In this document: one piece after another, positions 17,413 to 27,397 of the stretch
Layout of the letters: every line of letters starts with the position of its first letter
Numbering within the stretch: position 1 is the first letter of the stretch
Assembly: GCA_044342325.1 (NCBI GenBank)
Contig: JBIIPZ010000031.1
Location: 1 to 38,144, forward strand
Origin: Terrimicrobiaceae bacterium
GTDB lineage: Bacteria; Verrucomicrobiota; Verrucomicrobiia; Chthoniobacterales; Terrimicrobiaceae
Length of the DNA: 38,144 nt
Direction of reading: 5' to 3'
Notes under the pieces: generated by a model
Told to the model about the DNA's origin: nothing
What the model saw: only the letters and a program-made list of their open reading frames with translations
The model's database searches: none
Made by a program: the position numbers and the translations under genes

Positions 17413-18792
17413 ATGAGTAACAATCGCAAACTTTTCGGAACCGACGGCGTTCGCGGCGTCGCAAATATCGAACCCGTCACTGCCGAGACCGCACTGAAAC
17501 TCGGCCGCGCCGCCGCCCATGTCTTTGCAGAAGCCCGCTCTTCCTCGCGCAGCGGCCGCTTGAGAGTCGTCATCGGTAAAGACACCCGCCTCTCGGGTTA
17601 CATGCTGGAGAATGCCATCGTCGCCGGCCTGACCTCACTCGGTGCGGACGCCCTCCTCATTGGCCCCTTGCCGACTCCCGGCGTGGCCTACATCACCCGC
17701 TCGTTGCGGGCCGATGCCGGCATCGTCCTTTCAGCCTCCCACAATCCCTACGAAGACAACGGCATCAAATTCTTCCGTCACGACGGCTTCAAACTCGACG
17801 ATGAAATCGAAGCGCGCATCGAGCATCTCGTCTTCAGCGGAGAGATCGAAAACATCCGCCCAACCGCCACAAAAATCGGCAAGGCCCACCGCATTGACGA
17901 CGCCCTCGGCCGCTATGTCGAGTTCGCCAAGCAGAGCTTTCCCCGCCACCTCACGCTCGAGTCGCTCCGCATCGCACTCGATTGCGCGAACGGCGCCGCC
18001 TACAAGACCAGCCCCTGCATCCTGCGCGAACTCGGGGCCGATCTGGTCGTAATCAACAACCATCCGAACGGCACAAACATCAACACCCACTGCGGCAGCA
18101 CCCATCCCGAGCAAATCCAAAGGCTCACCCGCGAGTGCAAGGCGCATGTCGGCATCACACACGATGGCGACGCCGACCGTGTCCTGCTCTGTGACGAGAA
18201 CGGCGAGCTGGTCGACGGCGACGAGATCATGGCTATCGCGGCAGTCGATTACCTCCAGCGCGGCTGCCTCGAAGGCGGCACCTTGGTTTCCACCATCATG
18301 AGCAACTTCGGCCTCGATGAAACCCTCGAAGCCCACGGCGGAAAAATCCTCCGCACCAAAGTCGGAGACCGCTATGTCATCGAAGCCATGCTCCGCGATG
18401 GACACAATGTCGGCGGCGAGCAGAGCGGACACATGATCTTCCGCGACTACGCCACCACGGGCGACGGCATCGTCAGCGCACTCCAGATCCTGCGCGTCAT
18501 GATCGAAACCGGCAAGCCGCTGAGCGAACTGAAAAAGGTCCTCAAAAAATATCCCCAGGCCCAGCGCAACCTTCGCGTCAAAGACAAGCCGCCACTCGAG
18601 ACCCTGCCACAAATCCAAACCCTCCTCGCCGAAGCCGAGTCCTCACTCAACGGCAAAGGCCGCGTCCTGCTCCGCTACTCCGGCACCGAGCCCAAAGTCC
18701 GCCTCCTCATCGAAGGCCGCGAACAGGAACTCATCGACACCCACGCCGACCGCATCGCCGAAGCTCTCCAAATCGAAATCGGCGAGGCGTAA
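17413..18792 (+). CDS. glmM: Phosphoglucosamine mutase
   Basis: FGTDGVRG, GKDTRLSGYMLE, SASHNP, DGDADR, GGEQSGH, RYSGTEP. Confidence 0.97.
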   Translation: MSNNRKLFGTDGVRGVANIEPVTAETALKLGRAAAHVFAEARSSSRSGRLRVVIGKDTRLSGYMLENAIVAGLTSLGADALLIGPLPTPGVAYITRSLRADAGIVLSASHNPYEDNGIKFFRHDGFKLDDEIEARIEHLVFSGEIENIRPTATKIGKAHRIDDALGRYVEFAKQSFPRHLTLESLRIALDCANGAAYKTSPCILRELGADLVVINNHPNGTNINTHCGSTHPEQIQRLTRECKAHVGITHDGDADRVLLCDENGELVDGDEIMAIAAVDYLQRGCLEGGTLVSTIMSNFGLDETLEAHGGKILRTKVGDRYVIEAMLRDGHNVGGEQSGHMIFRDYATTGDGIVSALQILRVMIETGKPLSELKKVLKKYPQAQRNLRVKDKPPLETLPQIQTLLAEAESSLNGKGRVLLRYSGTEPKVRLLIEGREQELIDTHADRIAEALQIEIGEA

Positions 18793-19230
18793 AATCAAGG
18801 GGGGTTCCCCTTCGCAAAGTGACCCATGCAGATGCGCGGCAGCAATCTTCTGTCCGCGATTGCGAAGCCCAAGGCGGAGCGAGCCTCTGTTACGAAATTG
18901 TAACAATTCTGCTTTAAGGACATGGCATACGCCTTGGTAGATAATTATCGCTCATTCCACATGAAGCTCACATAAATGCCGAAACTTACGCCTATTCACA
19001 TCCATCTTACTCTCCTTGACCATCAGTGAACATGCGGAACAAATTTCCAGCGAGGGCTACTGAGTAATTACCAAAAAACAGATTAATAAGTTTGGGGTTT
19101 ACATCGACCTATGAACAATGCTTTAGTTGTTGCTCTTGATTTCATCGCTTTTTCGGCGCTGAACGGATTTTTTGATCTGCTCGCAATCATGAAAAAAAGG
19201 GGAGATGGGGTTGTTTTTTGATGTCTAAAC

Positions 19231-21441
19231 ATGGCCAACATTTTATTAGTTGATCCTGATGACAACGCCTTTTTGGCGCTGAAGGGATTTTTGGCCCGTG
19301 ATGACCACAGGAGCGCTTCCGTTTCGAGTGCTCACGACGCGATGGTTTTTCTGCGTGAGAATATTCTGGTGGATTTGATTTTTATCGAGCTTAAGCTCCA
19401 AGACTCCACCGGACTGGGCTTTCTGAGAACCCTCCGCGAGGACTATTTCTTTAGCCATGTGCCGGTTGTCTTTTATGCTTCCAGAACGACGCATGCGGAA
19501 ATTCAAGAAGCCTACGACTTGGGAGTGCAAAGTTTTCATCGGAAGCCCTACCTGCAAGAATCGATCGAGGACGAAGTCGCAAAGCTCGAGGGGAAGGCAT
19601 GGTATTGGTCTTTTTTTGAGCCGGACGACGCGTTTTGCCGGCGCACACTTTGCTCATTGGATCAACGAGGGGCGGCTCTGGACGAACTCGCGCCCGTCAT
19701 CCAATCCGCTGCGCAAACCTACAAGGATCTGAAGATCGAACTCGCCGAGGCAGAAAAAGAGAAGATTCTCTCAGAAATCTCCGGGTTTCGCGGAAAGATT
19801 CGGGAGGCGGCCGTGCCAGGCTTGGAGGAGTATCTGAAGTTTCTGGCTTCTTTCGCGAAGGAATCCGACTGGGAAGAATTCAAGGAGTTTGCAGCCTATC
19901 TCGGCTATTACGCGCTTCTCTGCAGTTACCGGGCGGATATCTACAAGTTGGATCAAAAAACAAAGCAGGCGAGCGCCTTGCTGGATCGACTGGCCAAAAA
20001 TGCCGTGCTCCGTTCATTGCCGCCGCACGAGGTGCATGCGATTATTCCCCACCTGCGGGATTACGAAATTGACGAAGGGGCCACCCTTTTCAAGCAGGGC
20101 GATGACGGGGATGCGATGTATCTGATCGATCAAGGGAGTCTCGGGATTTACGTCGCGATGGAGGATGATCCCGAGCCGAAAAAAATCGGCGAGATTGGTG
20201 ATGGCGACATTGTTGGAGAGATGGCTTTGATCAAGAACGCCCCGCGCAGCGCTACGATCATCGCTCAGACTGACGCCCGTATGATGCGCATAGAAAAGGA
20301 TGCTTTCATGCGGGTCATTCTCCAATCGCCTCAAATGAAACAGGCAGTGCAGGCCCTTGCGGAGCAGCGTTCAATGGACAGCATCAAGAAGCGCGCCGGC
20401 GAAATCGACATTTCCGAGTGGAGTAAAACTGCTAGCGAGGGAGTGCGCAAGACGGGCGAGCGGGTTCCGAATGGCTTCCTGAGAAAGGACGAAAAAAACT
20501 CTGAAGATGCCAAAAGGGAGGCGTCAAGCATCGAGCATTGGAATAAGATGATCGATAGCCAAACCTTCCCAGTAGTTACCGAGGCGAAGCTGAGAAGGGA
20601 GATCGCGGGCCTAAAAGGTTGCCCAGTGGTCGGGTCGGCGGCAGCGGCCTTCACGCTGGCAACAGGAGGTATGGTGACTTCACTGCATCCCCTCATGGAT
20701 TTGGCGGAACACGATCCGGGCCTGGCCTTCCAGATGCTCCAAAATGCCAATGCGGTGCGTCAGGCAAAGAAGAAGGATTTCACTTCTTTTATTGAAGACG
20801 CCCGCATGTGCGTGAACTTTCTCGGGGAAAAACGGCTTGGCGCAGTAGCCAAGGGGTTTCCGCGCTGCAGCGAGAGTTTCATGTATCTCAACGAGGACGC
20901 GAACTGGGCCAGCCACCTGAGATTCCTGCTCGCCACGGCCAATATCGCCCAGTTCACCTGCCAAGAGATGGAGTTTTTAAACATCGAAGACAGCGCGTTC
21001 CTGGGAGCACTGCTTCACGACATCGGGACGCTGCTTTTCCTGCGCGTGCAGCCCGCAGGGTATGTCCCCGTTTATATTTACGCTCAAGAGAATAATGTAT
21101 CGATTGGCGAATCGGAGATACTCCACATGGGGATTTCCTCCCGCCAGATGGCCATCGAGTTCATCGAAAATAAAAGCATCCCCACTAAAATCAAAAATGT
21201 CATCCGTTGGGTGGAACAACCGGACCAAGCAACCGAGGATGTAGAGCTTGTGTCGGTGGTGGCCATCGCTCGTTACATGTGCCGCCTCTGTAAGATTGGT
21301 TTCAGTGGAGAAATCAACCAGCATGATCTGCTTCCACTCGAACACACCCAGCTCTGGAATTCGATTAAGGACCGGGTTTTCCCGAGCTTCAATGTGGGAA
21401 ACTTCGAGACGCTGGTGCGCAGAAGACTTCGAAAACTCTAA
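19231..21441 (+). CDS. Signalling protein with atypical receiver, cyclic-nucleotide-binding and HDOD domains
   Basis: REC: ILLVDPD..DLIFIELKL..RKPY; cNMP: LFKQGDDGDAMYLI..G...GEMALIKNAPRSATI; HDOD: DPGLAFQMLQNAN, AFLGALLHDIG. Confidence 0.85.
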   Translation: MANILLVDPDDNAFLALKGFLARDDHRSASVSSAHDAMVFLRENILVDLIFIELKLQDSTGLGFLRTLREDYFFSHVPVVFYASRTTHAEIQEAYDLGVQSFHRKPYLQESIEDEVAKLEGKAWYWSFFEPDDAFCRRTLCSLDQRGAALDELAPVIQSAAQTYKDLKIELAEAEKEKILSEISGFRGKIREAAVPGLEEYLKFLASFAKESDWEEFKEFAAYLGYYALLCSYRADIYKLDQKTKQASALLDRLAKNAVLRSLPPHEVHAIIPHLRDYEIDEGATLFKQGDDGDAMYLIDQGSLGIYVAMEDDPEPKKIGEIGDGDIVGEMALIKNAPRSATIIAQTDARMMRIEKDAFMRVILQSPQMKQAVQALAEQRSMDSIKKRAGEIDISEWSKTASEGVRKTGERVPNGFLRKDEKNSEDAKREASSIEHWNKMIDSQTFPVVTEAKLRREIAGLKGCPVVGSAAAAFTLATGGMVTSLHPLMDLAEHDPGLAFQMLQNANAVRQAKKKDFTSFIEDARMCVNFLGEKRLGAVAKGFPRCSESFMYLNEDANWASHLRFLLATANIAQFTCQEMEFLNIEDSAFLGALLHDIGTLLFLRVQPAGYVPVYIYAQENNVSIGESEILHMGISSRQMAIEFIENKSIPTKIKNVIRWVEQPDQATEDVELVSVVAIARYMCRLCKIGFSGEINQHDLLPLEHTQLWNSIKDRVFPSFNVGNFETLVRRRLRKL

Positions 21442-21525
21442 TTCTAGTTCCGATCGCGAAAACGCGGCTACCCCTCCCTCTTTTCCTCAAAAAATAAAGC
21501 AGACAACACGCTGTTCTGAAGTGGA

Positions 21526-24138
21526 TTAAGCTTTATCTTTTGCCACTGCAATAAGTTCCACCAGTCTTTCAGCGATACGGTCAACACCCAAAACAATCAG
21601 AAGACCATCCTCTCGTTCAGACTCCGTTGCAACCAACGCCTCGCCTAGAGAGCTTTCTCCAGCAACAACATGCGGAATAAGCTTTAAACGCGAAATATTA
21701 ATTTCAGGAATGCCGCCGAGTCCATCGACAACAATACCGAAATAGTCGGTTTCATTTTTCCTTAGAATTACCACTATTTGGCCCGCATCCGCTTGGGTTT
21801 CCTCGTCGCCTGACAACACATTAATGTCATAGATCGGAACCGGCAATCCATCGTATATCATGTAACCAACAAACTCTTTGCCTGAACCTGGGGCGGCGGC
21901 CATATTGCTCATCTCCACAGCTTCCACAACCTGGGATGTCCGGAGTCCAAACCATCGATTCCCCACGCGGAATGTGGCAATTTCAAGAGTTTGGCCCTCG
22001 ACAGAATGATCCGAGCGTATGGCCAGCGGCGCAAGCGTCTGGTTTGATTTTTCATTCTCAGCCTCACACAAGCGCATGAAAACCAGAGCCAGCACCTTAT
22101 TACGGTAACTATCGTGCTCGCCCTTGTATTCGCGATAGCCTGCTGACATGCGTGCCCCCATCGCGAAATAGTGACTACCCAACCGGACGACGTGCGCAGT
22201 CGCATCACCCATATTTTTCGGTAGGCAAGTCAGAGCGATATCCAACGAGTCCCCCGGCTTGTAGCGTTCATCAGAGCAAGCGATCACTTGGCCCAGCTCG
22301 TCAATGAACACGCCAAAGCACCCGTCACGGATTTTCCCCGATGTGTCGCGAGGCAATGAATCCCGCAACATGGCTGCGAACTGGGGCTCTGAATCAAAAA
22401 CAATGCCGACACCTCCTACGGAACCTTTTCCTTTCAAGGAAAAAATCGCCGCGCCATAAATGTAGGTGAATCGGTTGGCGTAGAGCGGCGTGAGGCTGAA
22501 ATCTGAAACGGTGTAACCTTGAGAATCCGTGATATTCAAGACTTGGGAAATCCATTCCTCTTCGATCGTCTCGCCGACTAAAGCCGACTCCGTAGGCTGG
22601 GAGACAGCTACAACACGCCCTTGGGAATCAAATACTATGAGATTCGTATAAACCGTATACAGGCCATTGATGGTTTCCAGTATCGATGACATCAAGGCCT
22701 GCCCGCCTTGCGTCGCGCTTTCGTTTTCCAGAAGTTCACGGAAGGTGGAAGTCAACGCCCACCAGCGACAATCATTGGCTCGCTCGTAGAGGTTGCGATC
22801 CATGATGTCTATGGCCAAGGAGGCAAGAAACTGGCATTCCTGCAAAATTGAGGAAACTACAGTTTCATGAAGGTTTGCGATCGAGCGCTCAAACACCTCT
22901 TTTGTGCGCGCTCCCGTGTTGCTGATTTCCCAAAGCAAGATCTTGGCAAACGATGGATTCGACGCTTTTTTGCCCCCGCTCTGGCGCACATTGCCATTCC
23001 AGACAGAACGATTCAGATCGCGTTGAATGTGTTCGGCTTTTTTTGGAATGGATCGCAGGGCATCGCCAAAGAGCGAGGCACTGTTCATCACCTCAGCGAG
23101 AGCACTTCCATCCAACTCCTTGAGGACGGCTGAAACGTCTTTGTTGAAAGCGTGATGAACCGGCAACATCACATGCCCGTGCCAGCCAGGCCCCATGTAT
23201 CCTTGGTAGCCCGCCGCATGTCGAGTAATGGCCAGATATTCCTGCGCACCGAAGCGGACAATCTCGCACGCAGAGGAGAGCACGCGTTGCACAGTGGCTC
23301 CGACCGGGAGGTGATACCCATCGGAACTGGCCAGCACCTTCCCCTTTTCATCCAAGAGAAGAACCACCGACCAATCGTCTGGGGAATTCAGGTCCGCAAA
23401 AATCCTCTCCATTTCGTCTTGAAATCGGAAACTCAGGCAGAGGACGCCGATCGCCTGGCCGCTCCCATCCGTGACGCGATAAGCGTAAACCAAAGCCGCC
23501 CCCTGACCGGGAAGCAAATCCAGTTCACCGTAGTTTTCAATGTAGGCTTCGCGGGTTTTTAAGGCCCGCTCGACTAGCGGGTCGGCACTTCGGGAAACCA
23601 TGATCGTCTCATCAAGGCGGACCAGAACTTGGCCACTGGTATCGAGCAGGATGATATCCGAGTAAACGGAATATTTCGCCACGTATTCCGAAAAACGCTG
23701 GCGCAGAATCTGTTGAATTTTACAGAACTCTTCATCGCCAGCAGGAACTTCTCCACTTGGCCCTGCTGCCTTCTCACTCAAAGCGATAAAGCTGCTAATA
23801 TCGGCATCTGTTGCCAGGAATCCGATGTCTGCAGTGCGTTCAAACAAGTTGCGCACAAGGATATCGATAGCCACTTGAGCTTTGGACCCCATCTCCAACA
23901 CAGTCTTCCGAAGCGTTTCCTCCGCCAACTGGATGAGTAAATCACTGCTAAGTTGTTGAAAAGCTTGGCGGGTTCCACTCATGTCCACCCCTATGCCTGA
24001 AAGTTGACCGAGAAGAGTCAGATTATCCCATGTAGATTGAAGATTTTGCAAAATCTCGCGATACTCTTCCACGGAATTCATATGCCGAATTACAGCCGCC
24101 AAACGCTCGTCCAATTCTATGTTTTTATAGTGACCCAT
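21526..24138 (-). CDS. Soluble protein with two Cache/PAS-like repeats and a C-terminal CheW domain
   Basis: Internal repeat AIDILVRNLFERTADIGFLA / AIDIMDRNLYERANDCRWWA; C-term ATFRVGNRWFGL..VVE...GYMIYDGLPVPIYD...FGIVVDGLGGI is CheW-like. Confidence 0.8.
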   Translation of the reverse strand: MGHYKNIELDERLAAVIRHMNSVEEYREILQNLQSTWDNLTLLGQLSGIGVDMSGTRQAFQQLSSDLLIQLAEETLRKTVLEMGSKAQVAIDILVRNLFERTADIGFLATDADISSFIALSEKAAGPSGEVPAGDEEFCKIQQILRQRFSEYVAKYSVYSDIILLDTSGQVLVRLDETIMVSRSADPLVERALKTREAYIENYGELDLLPGQGAALVYAYRVTDGSGQAIGVLCLSFRFQDEMERIFADLNSPDDWSVVLLLDEKGKVLASSDGYHLPVGATVQRVLSSACEIVRFGAQEYLAITRHAAGYQGYMGPGWHGHVMLPVHHAFNKDVSAVLKELDGSALAEVMNSASLFGDALRSIPKKAEHIQRDLNRSVWNGNVRQSGGKKASNPSFAKILLWEISNTGARTKEVFERSIANLHETVVSSILQECQFLASLAIDIMDRNLYERANDCRWWALTSTFRELLENESATQGGQALMSSILETINGLYTVYTNLIVFDSQGRVVAVSQPTESALVGETIEEEWISQVLNITDSQGYTVSDFSLTPLYANRFTYIYGAAIFSLKGKGSVGGVGIVFDSEPQFAAMLRDSLPRDTSGKIRDGCFGVFIDELGQVIACSDERYKPGDSLDIALTCLPKNMGDATAHVVRLGSHYFAMGARMSAGYREYKGEHDSYRNKVLALVFMRLCEAENEKSNQTLAPLAIRSDHSVEGQTLEIATFRVGNRWFGLRTSQVVEAVEMSNMAAAPGSGKEFVGYMIYDGLPVPIYDINVLSGDEETQADAGQIVVILRKNETDYFGIVVDGLGGIPEINISRLKLIPHVVAGESSLGEALVATESEREDGLLIVLGVDRIAERLVELIAVAKDKA

Positions 24139-24205
24139 GACTTATTGATTGGTTTTCTGAAAACTCCGGGATTTGGTGGAGAATTGCCCGAGGGCGCGGA
24201 TTAGG

Positions 24206-24221
24206 AGCAACAATCGCGCCA
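24206..24221 (-). promoter_or_regulatory. Sigma54 (-24/-12) promoter for the CheW-domain gene
   Basis: Minus strand TGGCGCG-attg-TTGCT fits TGGCRCG-N4-TTGCW, about 67 nt upstream of ATG 24138. Confidence 0.65.
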
Positions 24222-24576
24222 GATCGCCAGACATTATTTTATTTCCCGCATTCGCAATCTGCTTCTCGTAAAAATGACCGCCGCGATGATACCAGCCTCA
24301 GACTTCGGAATCCAAAAGCAAAGCGCTGCAGAAAATATACTTTAGCAACTAACGAATCCAGCGTTATCGAGAAGATCGAAGGCCATTAACCTATCAAAAA
24401 GCTGGGGGCTGTTCACTTCAAATTGGATTCTCGGTGACATAAAAACAGCAACCGAATCTTTTTCTCAGCATACTCCAGCGCCATCTTGCGCAAAAAGATA
24501 CAGTTGACACAAAGAGGGCGTTTACCAGAACCATTTCATCTCATTTGGCGAGCGCATTTTGATCCTCGCTGAAGGA

Positions 24577-24716
24577 TCCCACATAATCACACAGCAATCT
24601 CTTTTTCCACCCGCACTCCCCTTCTGCGGGCTCTCACAGCGTCTTCAAAAATCCCCGCCGGTCCTCGTCATCCAAAAAATCGCCCCCGCGTATTCCGACT
24701 TCGATGGCCTCGGTAT
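24577..24716 (-). pseudogene. Internally deleted RAYT (Y1 transposase) N-terminal remnant
   Basis: Minus strand reads (I)PRPSKSEYAGAIF then, after a frameshift, FLDDEDRRGFLKTL*E, matching the RAYT pattern MPRPLRIEYAGA...IFxDDxDRxxFL. Confidence 0.7.
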
Positions 24717-24727
24717 GATGAAATTTC

Positions 24728-24762
24728 AATGCGTCAATGTGTGAGACTACTTCCAAGACCCC
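24728..24762 (+). repeat. Degenerate relative of the GGGGTC...ATTGAC motif upstream of the RAYT remnant
   Basis: aatgcgtcaatgtgtgagactacttccaagacccc has the same gtcaat and gacccc ends with a 7-nt longer spacer. Confidence 0.45.
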
Positions 24763-24784
24763 TTGGGCCTCAGGATTTCTGAAA

Positions 24785-26461
24785 CTACTTGGTAACGCAT
24801 GTCAGCGTGACCGGTTTTTTGTCCACGATCAGCTTCGATTTGAGTTCGATACCACTGGCGGTTTCCGACACCTCGAACGGGCCGTCGCCAAACGGATCGC
24901 GGCTTTTCAGGGCTTTGGGCTTACCTTCGAGTTGCATCTGGATGGCGGTGATGAGCATGCACCGCTCGGCGACAAGCTGGGCTTCCTTGTTGTAGGATGC
25001 TCCCATTGCTGGCAAGGCGGGGGAGGAAAGGAGGGGGCCCTTCTTTTCCTGCAACCGCTTGTAGAACTCCGCGAGCGCGGGCTCAACCTCCGCGTGGGGC
25101 AGCCCAAGGATTCGGGCGAGTTCGTCGTAATCCTTTTCCCAGGCGGAGAGTTGGCTCTCGAAGCCTTCCCAGTTTCCCCCGAGCGCCTGGACGAGTTCAT
25201 CGGTAGGCGGGGTGGGGTTGGCCCCGTTATTGGCCATGGGCGTGATGAACTCTGCGATCCAAGGCGCTTGCGCTAGGGTTTCGTGCTTCGCCTTGGATTG
25301 CTCGACCTGGCGGCGCATCCAGCCGCCGTAGCATTGTTTTTCGATCTCGATTGCGTGTTTTATCGAAGGCTTTCGATCATAATCCGCTGTAGCGGCCGCC
25401 AGTTGTTGCAAGGCGTCCTTGTCAAACTTTCCAAAATGCGCCGCGACCGTCTGGATGGCGGACCGCTCGATGGAAGTTTGCACCAGCAGGTTGATGAGCA
25501 GGCCGGGTTGACCGGCGGCCCGAGCAAGCCGCAGGGATGCAACCAAGTCGCTGACCGCCGCGCCGGGGTTGCCTTCCAACAAATGCAAGCGGGCACGGAG
25601 CCGCGCCGCCTTGGCAAGCTCGACGGCCTTCGAGACATACGGAAGTTGCAGACTCGGGCCCTCGGCGAGGTTCACCTCCCAGTCGCATTCTGAAATCGCG
25701 GCGGCGGCGTTGAGCAGGGCGAGGCTGTTCTCGAGTTTCGCCACCAGTTTCTCCGCGGCCGCCTTGTCGAGCGGATCGGCGGGTTTCAGGGCGAGCAGGG
25801 CGGTTTCCTCCTTGATCATCTTCGGCATTGCGGCGAAGGCCTGCCAGTAAATCGGCGCAGCGTTCGCTTCGAGCTGGGCGATGGATGCTGTCAACTCCAC
25901 GACCACACTGCGTTCGCCTTTCCCAGCTTCTTCCCCGAGCACGAAGCGCGAGGCTTTCCCCGGTTTGGCCAGTATCACGACCGCCGTGCTGAGGCTCTGC
26001 GTGCTAAGGCTCGCCAAAGTCGGCGTGTCGGCCGATTTTCCGATGACTGCGGTTGAAGTCATGTTGCAACGCAGCAGGATTTCGTCGCCCTGCATAAATG
26101 GCGTTGCCTCGATGTTATAGCCGATCTGCACGGTCTGCCTGGCTTCTTTTCCAGCACCAGGCAGCGAAACCGTTAACTCCCGGACCACGTTGATGGTTCC
26201 TTTGTTGCCCTCGATCATCGTCACACGCGGGGCGGAGAGGACATCCTGCTTGCCTGAATTGGTCTCGATGAATTTGGCGTCGATGACGATCTGGGCCTTC
26301 CGGATGGCGTCGGCGGGGCCTTGGGGGGCAGGTGCCGGCGATTGGGAAACCTTGGCTTCGTGAAGGAGGTCCGCCGAATCAGCCTCCGCAGCAAAAGCCT
26401 GGTTCGGATAGAGCGAGGTGAAAAAAAGCAGGCCGGCGAGTGTGGATGAGATGAGTTTCAT
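24785..26461 (-). CDS. Exported protein with a secretin-like beta domain and a helical domain of unknown function (558 aa)
   Basis: Signal peptide ending AFA; QIVIDAKFIE..VLSAPRVT..GNKGTI; NAAPIYWQAF...CDW...LARAAGQPGLLINLLV...DPF. Confidence 0.7.
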   Translation of the reverse strand: MKLISSTLAGLLFFTSLYPNQAFAAEADSADLLHEAKVSQSPAPAPQGPADAIRKAQIVIDAKFIETNSGKQDVLSAPRVTMIEGNKGTINVVRELTVSLPGAGKEARQTVQIGYNIEATPFMQGDEILLRCNMTSTAVIGKSADTPTLASLSTQSLSTAVVILAKPGKASRFVLGEEAGKGERSVVVELTASIAQLEANAAPIYWQAFAAMPKMIKEETALLALKPADPLDKAAAEKLVAKLENSLALLNAAAAISECDWEVNLAEGPSLQLPYVSKAVELAKAARLRARLHLLEGNPGAAVSDLVASLRLARAAGQPGLLINLLVQTSIERSAIQTVAAHFGKFDKDALQQLAAATADYDRKPSIKHAIEIEKQCYGGWMRRQVEQSKAKHETLAQAPWIAEFITPMANNGANPTPPTDELVQALGGNWEGFESQLSAWEKDYDELARILGLPHAEVEPALAEFYKRLQEKKGPLLSSPALPAMGASYNKEAQLVAERCMLITAIQMQLEGKPKALKSRDPFGDGPFEVSETASGIELKSKLIVDKKPVTLTCVTK

Positions 26462-26859
26462 TGGTTGATATTTGATTGCTTGGCGAGGGATGTCTTGGTC
26501 GTGAACGCGAGGTCGCCGATTTGGATTTCGGCAACTTTGCCGAGTTTGGCTTTGATTTGGGGTGCTGCGAGCCTGTCAGCCTTCTCGCCGTCGCGCTCGG
26601 TTAGAACGGCGCGGAGGTCAACGGTGCCGTTGTCGAGTAAAGTGGGAGTAACCGCGTATTCGAGCTTGCCGATTTTAACGGTCGCTTGCTTGCCACTCTC
26701 GACGGAGATGGCGGGGGCCTTCAATACGTCCGGGCCACCGTTCGCGTGATTCTCTGTGATGGTAGTCTCAACAAGGAGAGTCGGCGCCGCGGAGGCGGTA
26801 AATGCCATGGCGATGGTTGCGAGCAGTGAAGTAACGGTGGTTTTCATTGGTGTTTTCAT
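26458..26859 (-). CDS. Small exported protein with a secretin-like beta segment
   Basis: Signal peptide ending ASA; VLKAPAISVESGKQATVKIG repeated as LAAPQIKAKLGKVAEIQIG; ATGA coupling to the next gene; alternative start at 26847. Confidence 0.7.
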   Translation of the reverse strand: MKTPMKTTVTSLLATIAMAFTASAAPTLLVETTITENHANGGPDVLKAPAISVESGKQATVKIGKLEYAVTPTLLDNGTVDLRAVLTERDGEKADRLAAPQIKAKLGKVAEIQIGDLAFTTKTSLAKQSNINQ

Positions 26860-26872
26860 TGGTTTGGATTGG

Positions 26873-27397
26873 TTAGAGATCGGCGAGTAGGCGGTTGAAG
26901 CCAAAGGCATTGATGCCCCCCTCGTTCGGCAAGATCATTGCCGCCTGGCGTTGGAGGAGATGTTCGAGGTCCGCGTCGGAGGCGGAAAGAGCGGCTCGAT
27001 ACGCGAGCAATGTCGGAGGCGGAGTCTCCTCCGCGCTGGCAGCCACCACCGGCACGGCATTTCCTGGAGATTCCGGCGGGTGCGTGCCCCAGAAAAAGAG
27101 GCCTAGGGCCAGGCAGGCCGCCGCCGCGACCGGCCCGAGCCATTGCCAGTGGGGCTGACGATCCTCTCCACGCCGGAGGATGGCCCGCTCGACGCGCGCA
27201 TGGAAGCCGGGCGACGGGCTCACCTCCTCCCCCTTCTGAGCGGCGAGGCTTTTGCAAACATCCTGCAACGCATCGAGCCGCGCGCAGCAGCTTGGACACG
27301 CGGTCAGGTGCGACTCCAGCGCGGCACGCGCGGCCCCGTCGATCATCCCGCAGGCATGCAGGGCCAGAGATTGTTGGAATTCGCGACAGGGTTTCAT
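26873..27397 (-). CDS. Zinc-binding (zf-HC2/ZAS) anti-sigma factor
   Basis: HLTACPSC (HxxxCxxC), one TM helix, coupled to the ECF gene stop. Confidence 0.88.
   Translation of the reverse strand: MKPCREFQQSLALHACGMIDGAARAALESHLTACPSCCARLDALQDVCKSLAAQKGEEVSPSPGFHARVERAILRRGEDRQPHWQWLGPVAAAACLALGLFFWGTHPPESPGNAVPVVAASAEETPPPTLLAYRAALSASDADLEHLLQRQAAMILPNEGGINAFGFNRLLADL

Noticed and set aside
18923..18938. Possible sigma54 promoter TGGCATAcgccTTGGT
   Set aside because: The -12 GC is replaced by GG and the site is about 290 nt from the next start
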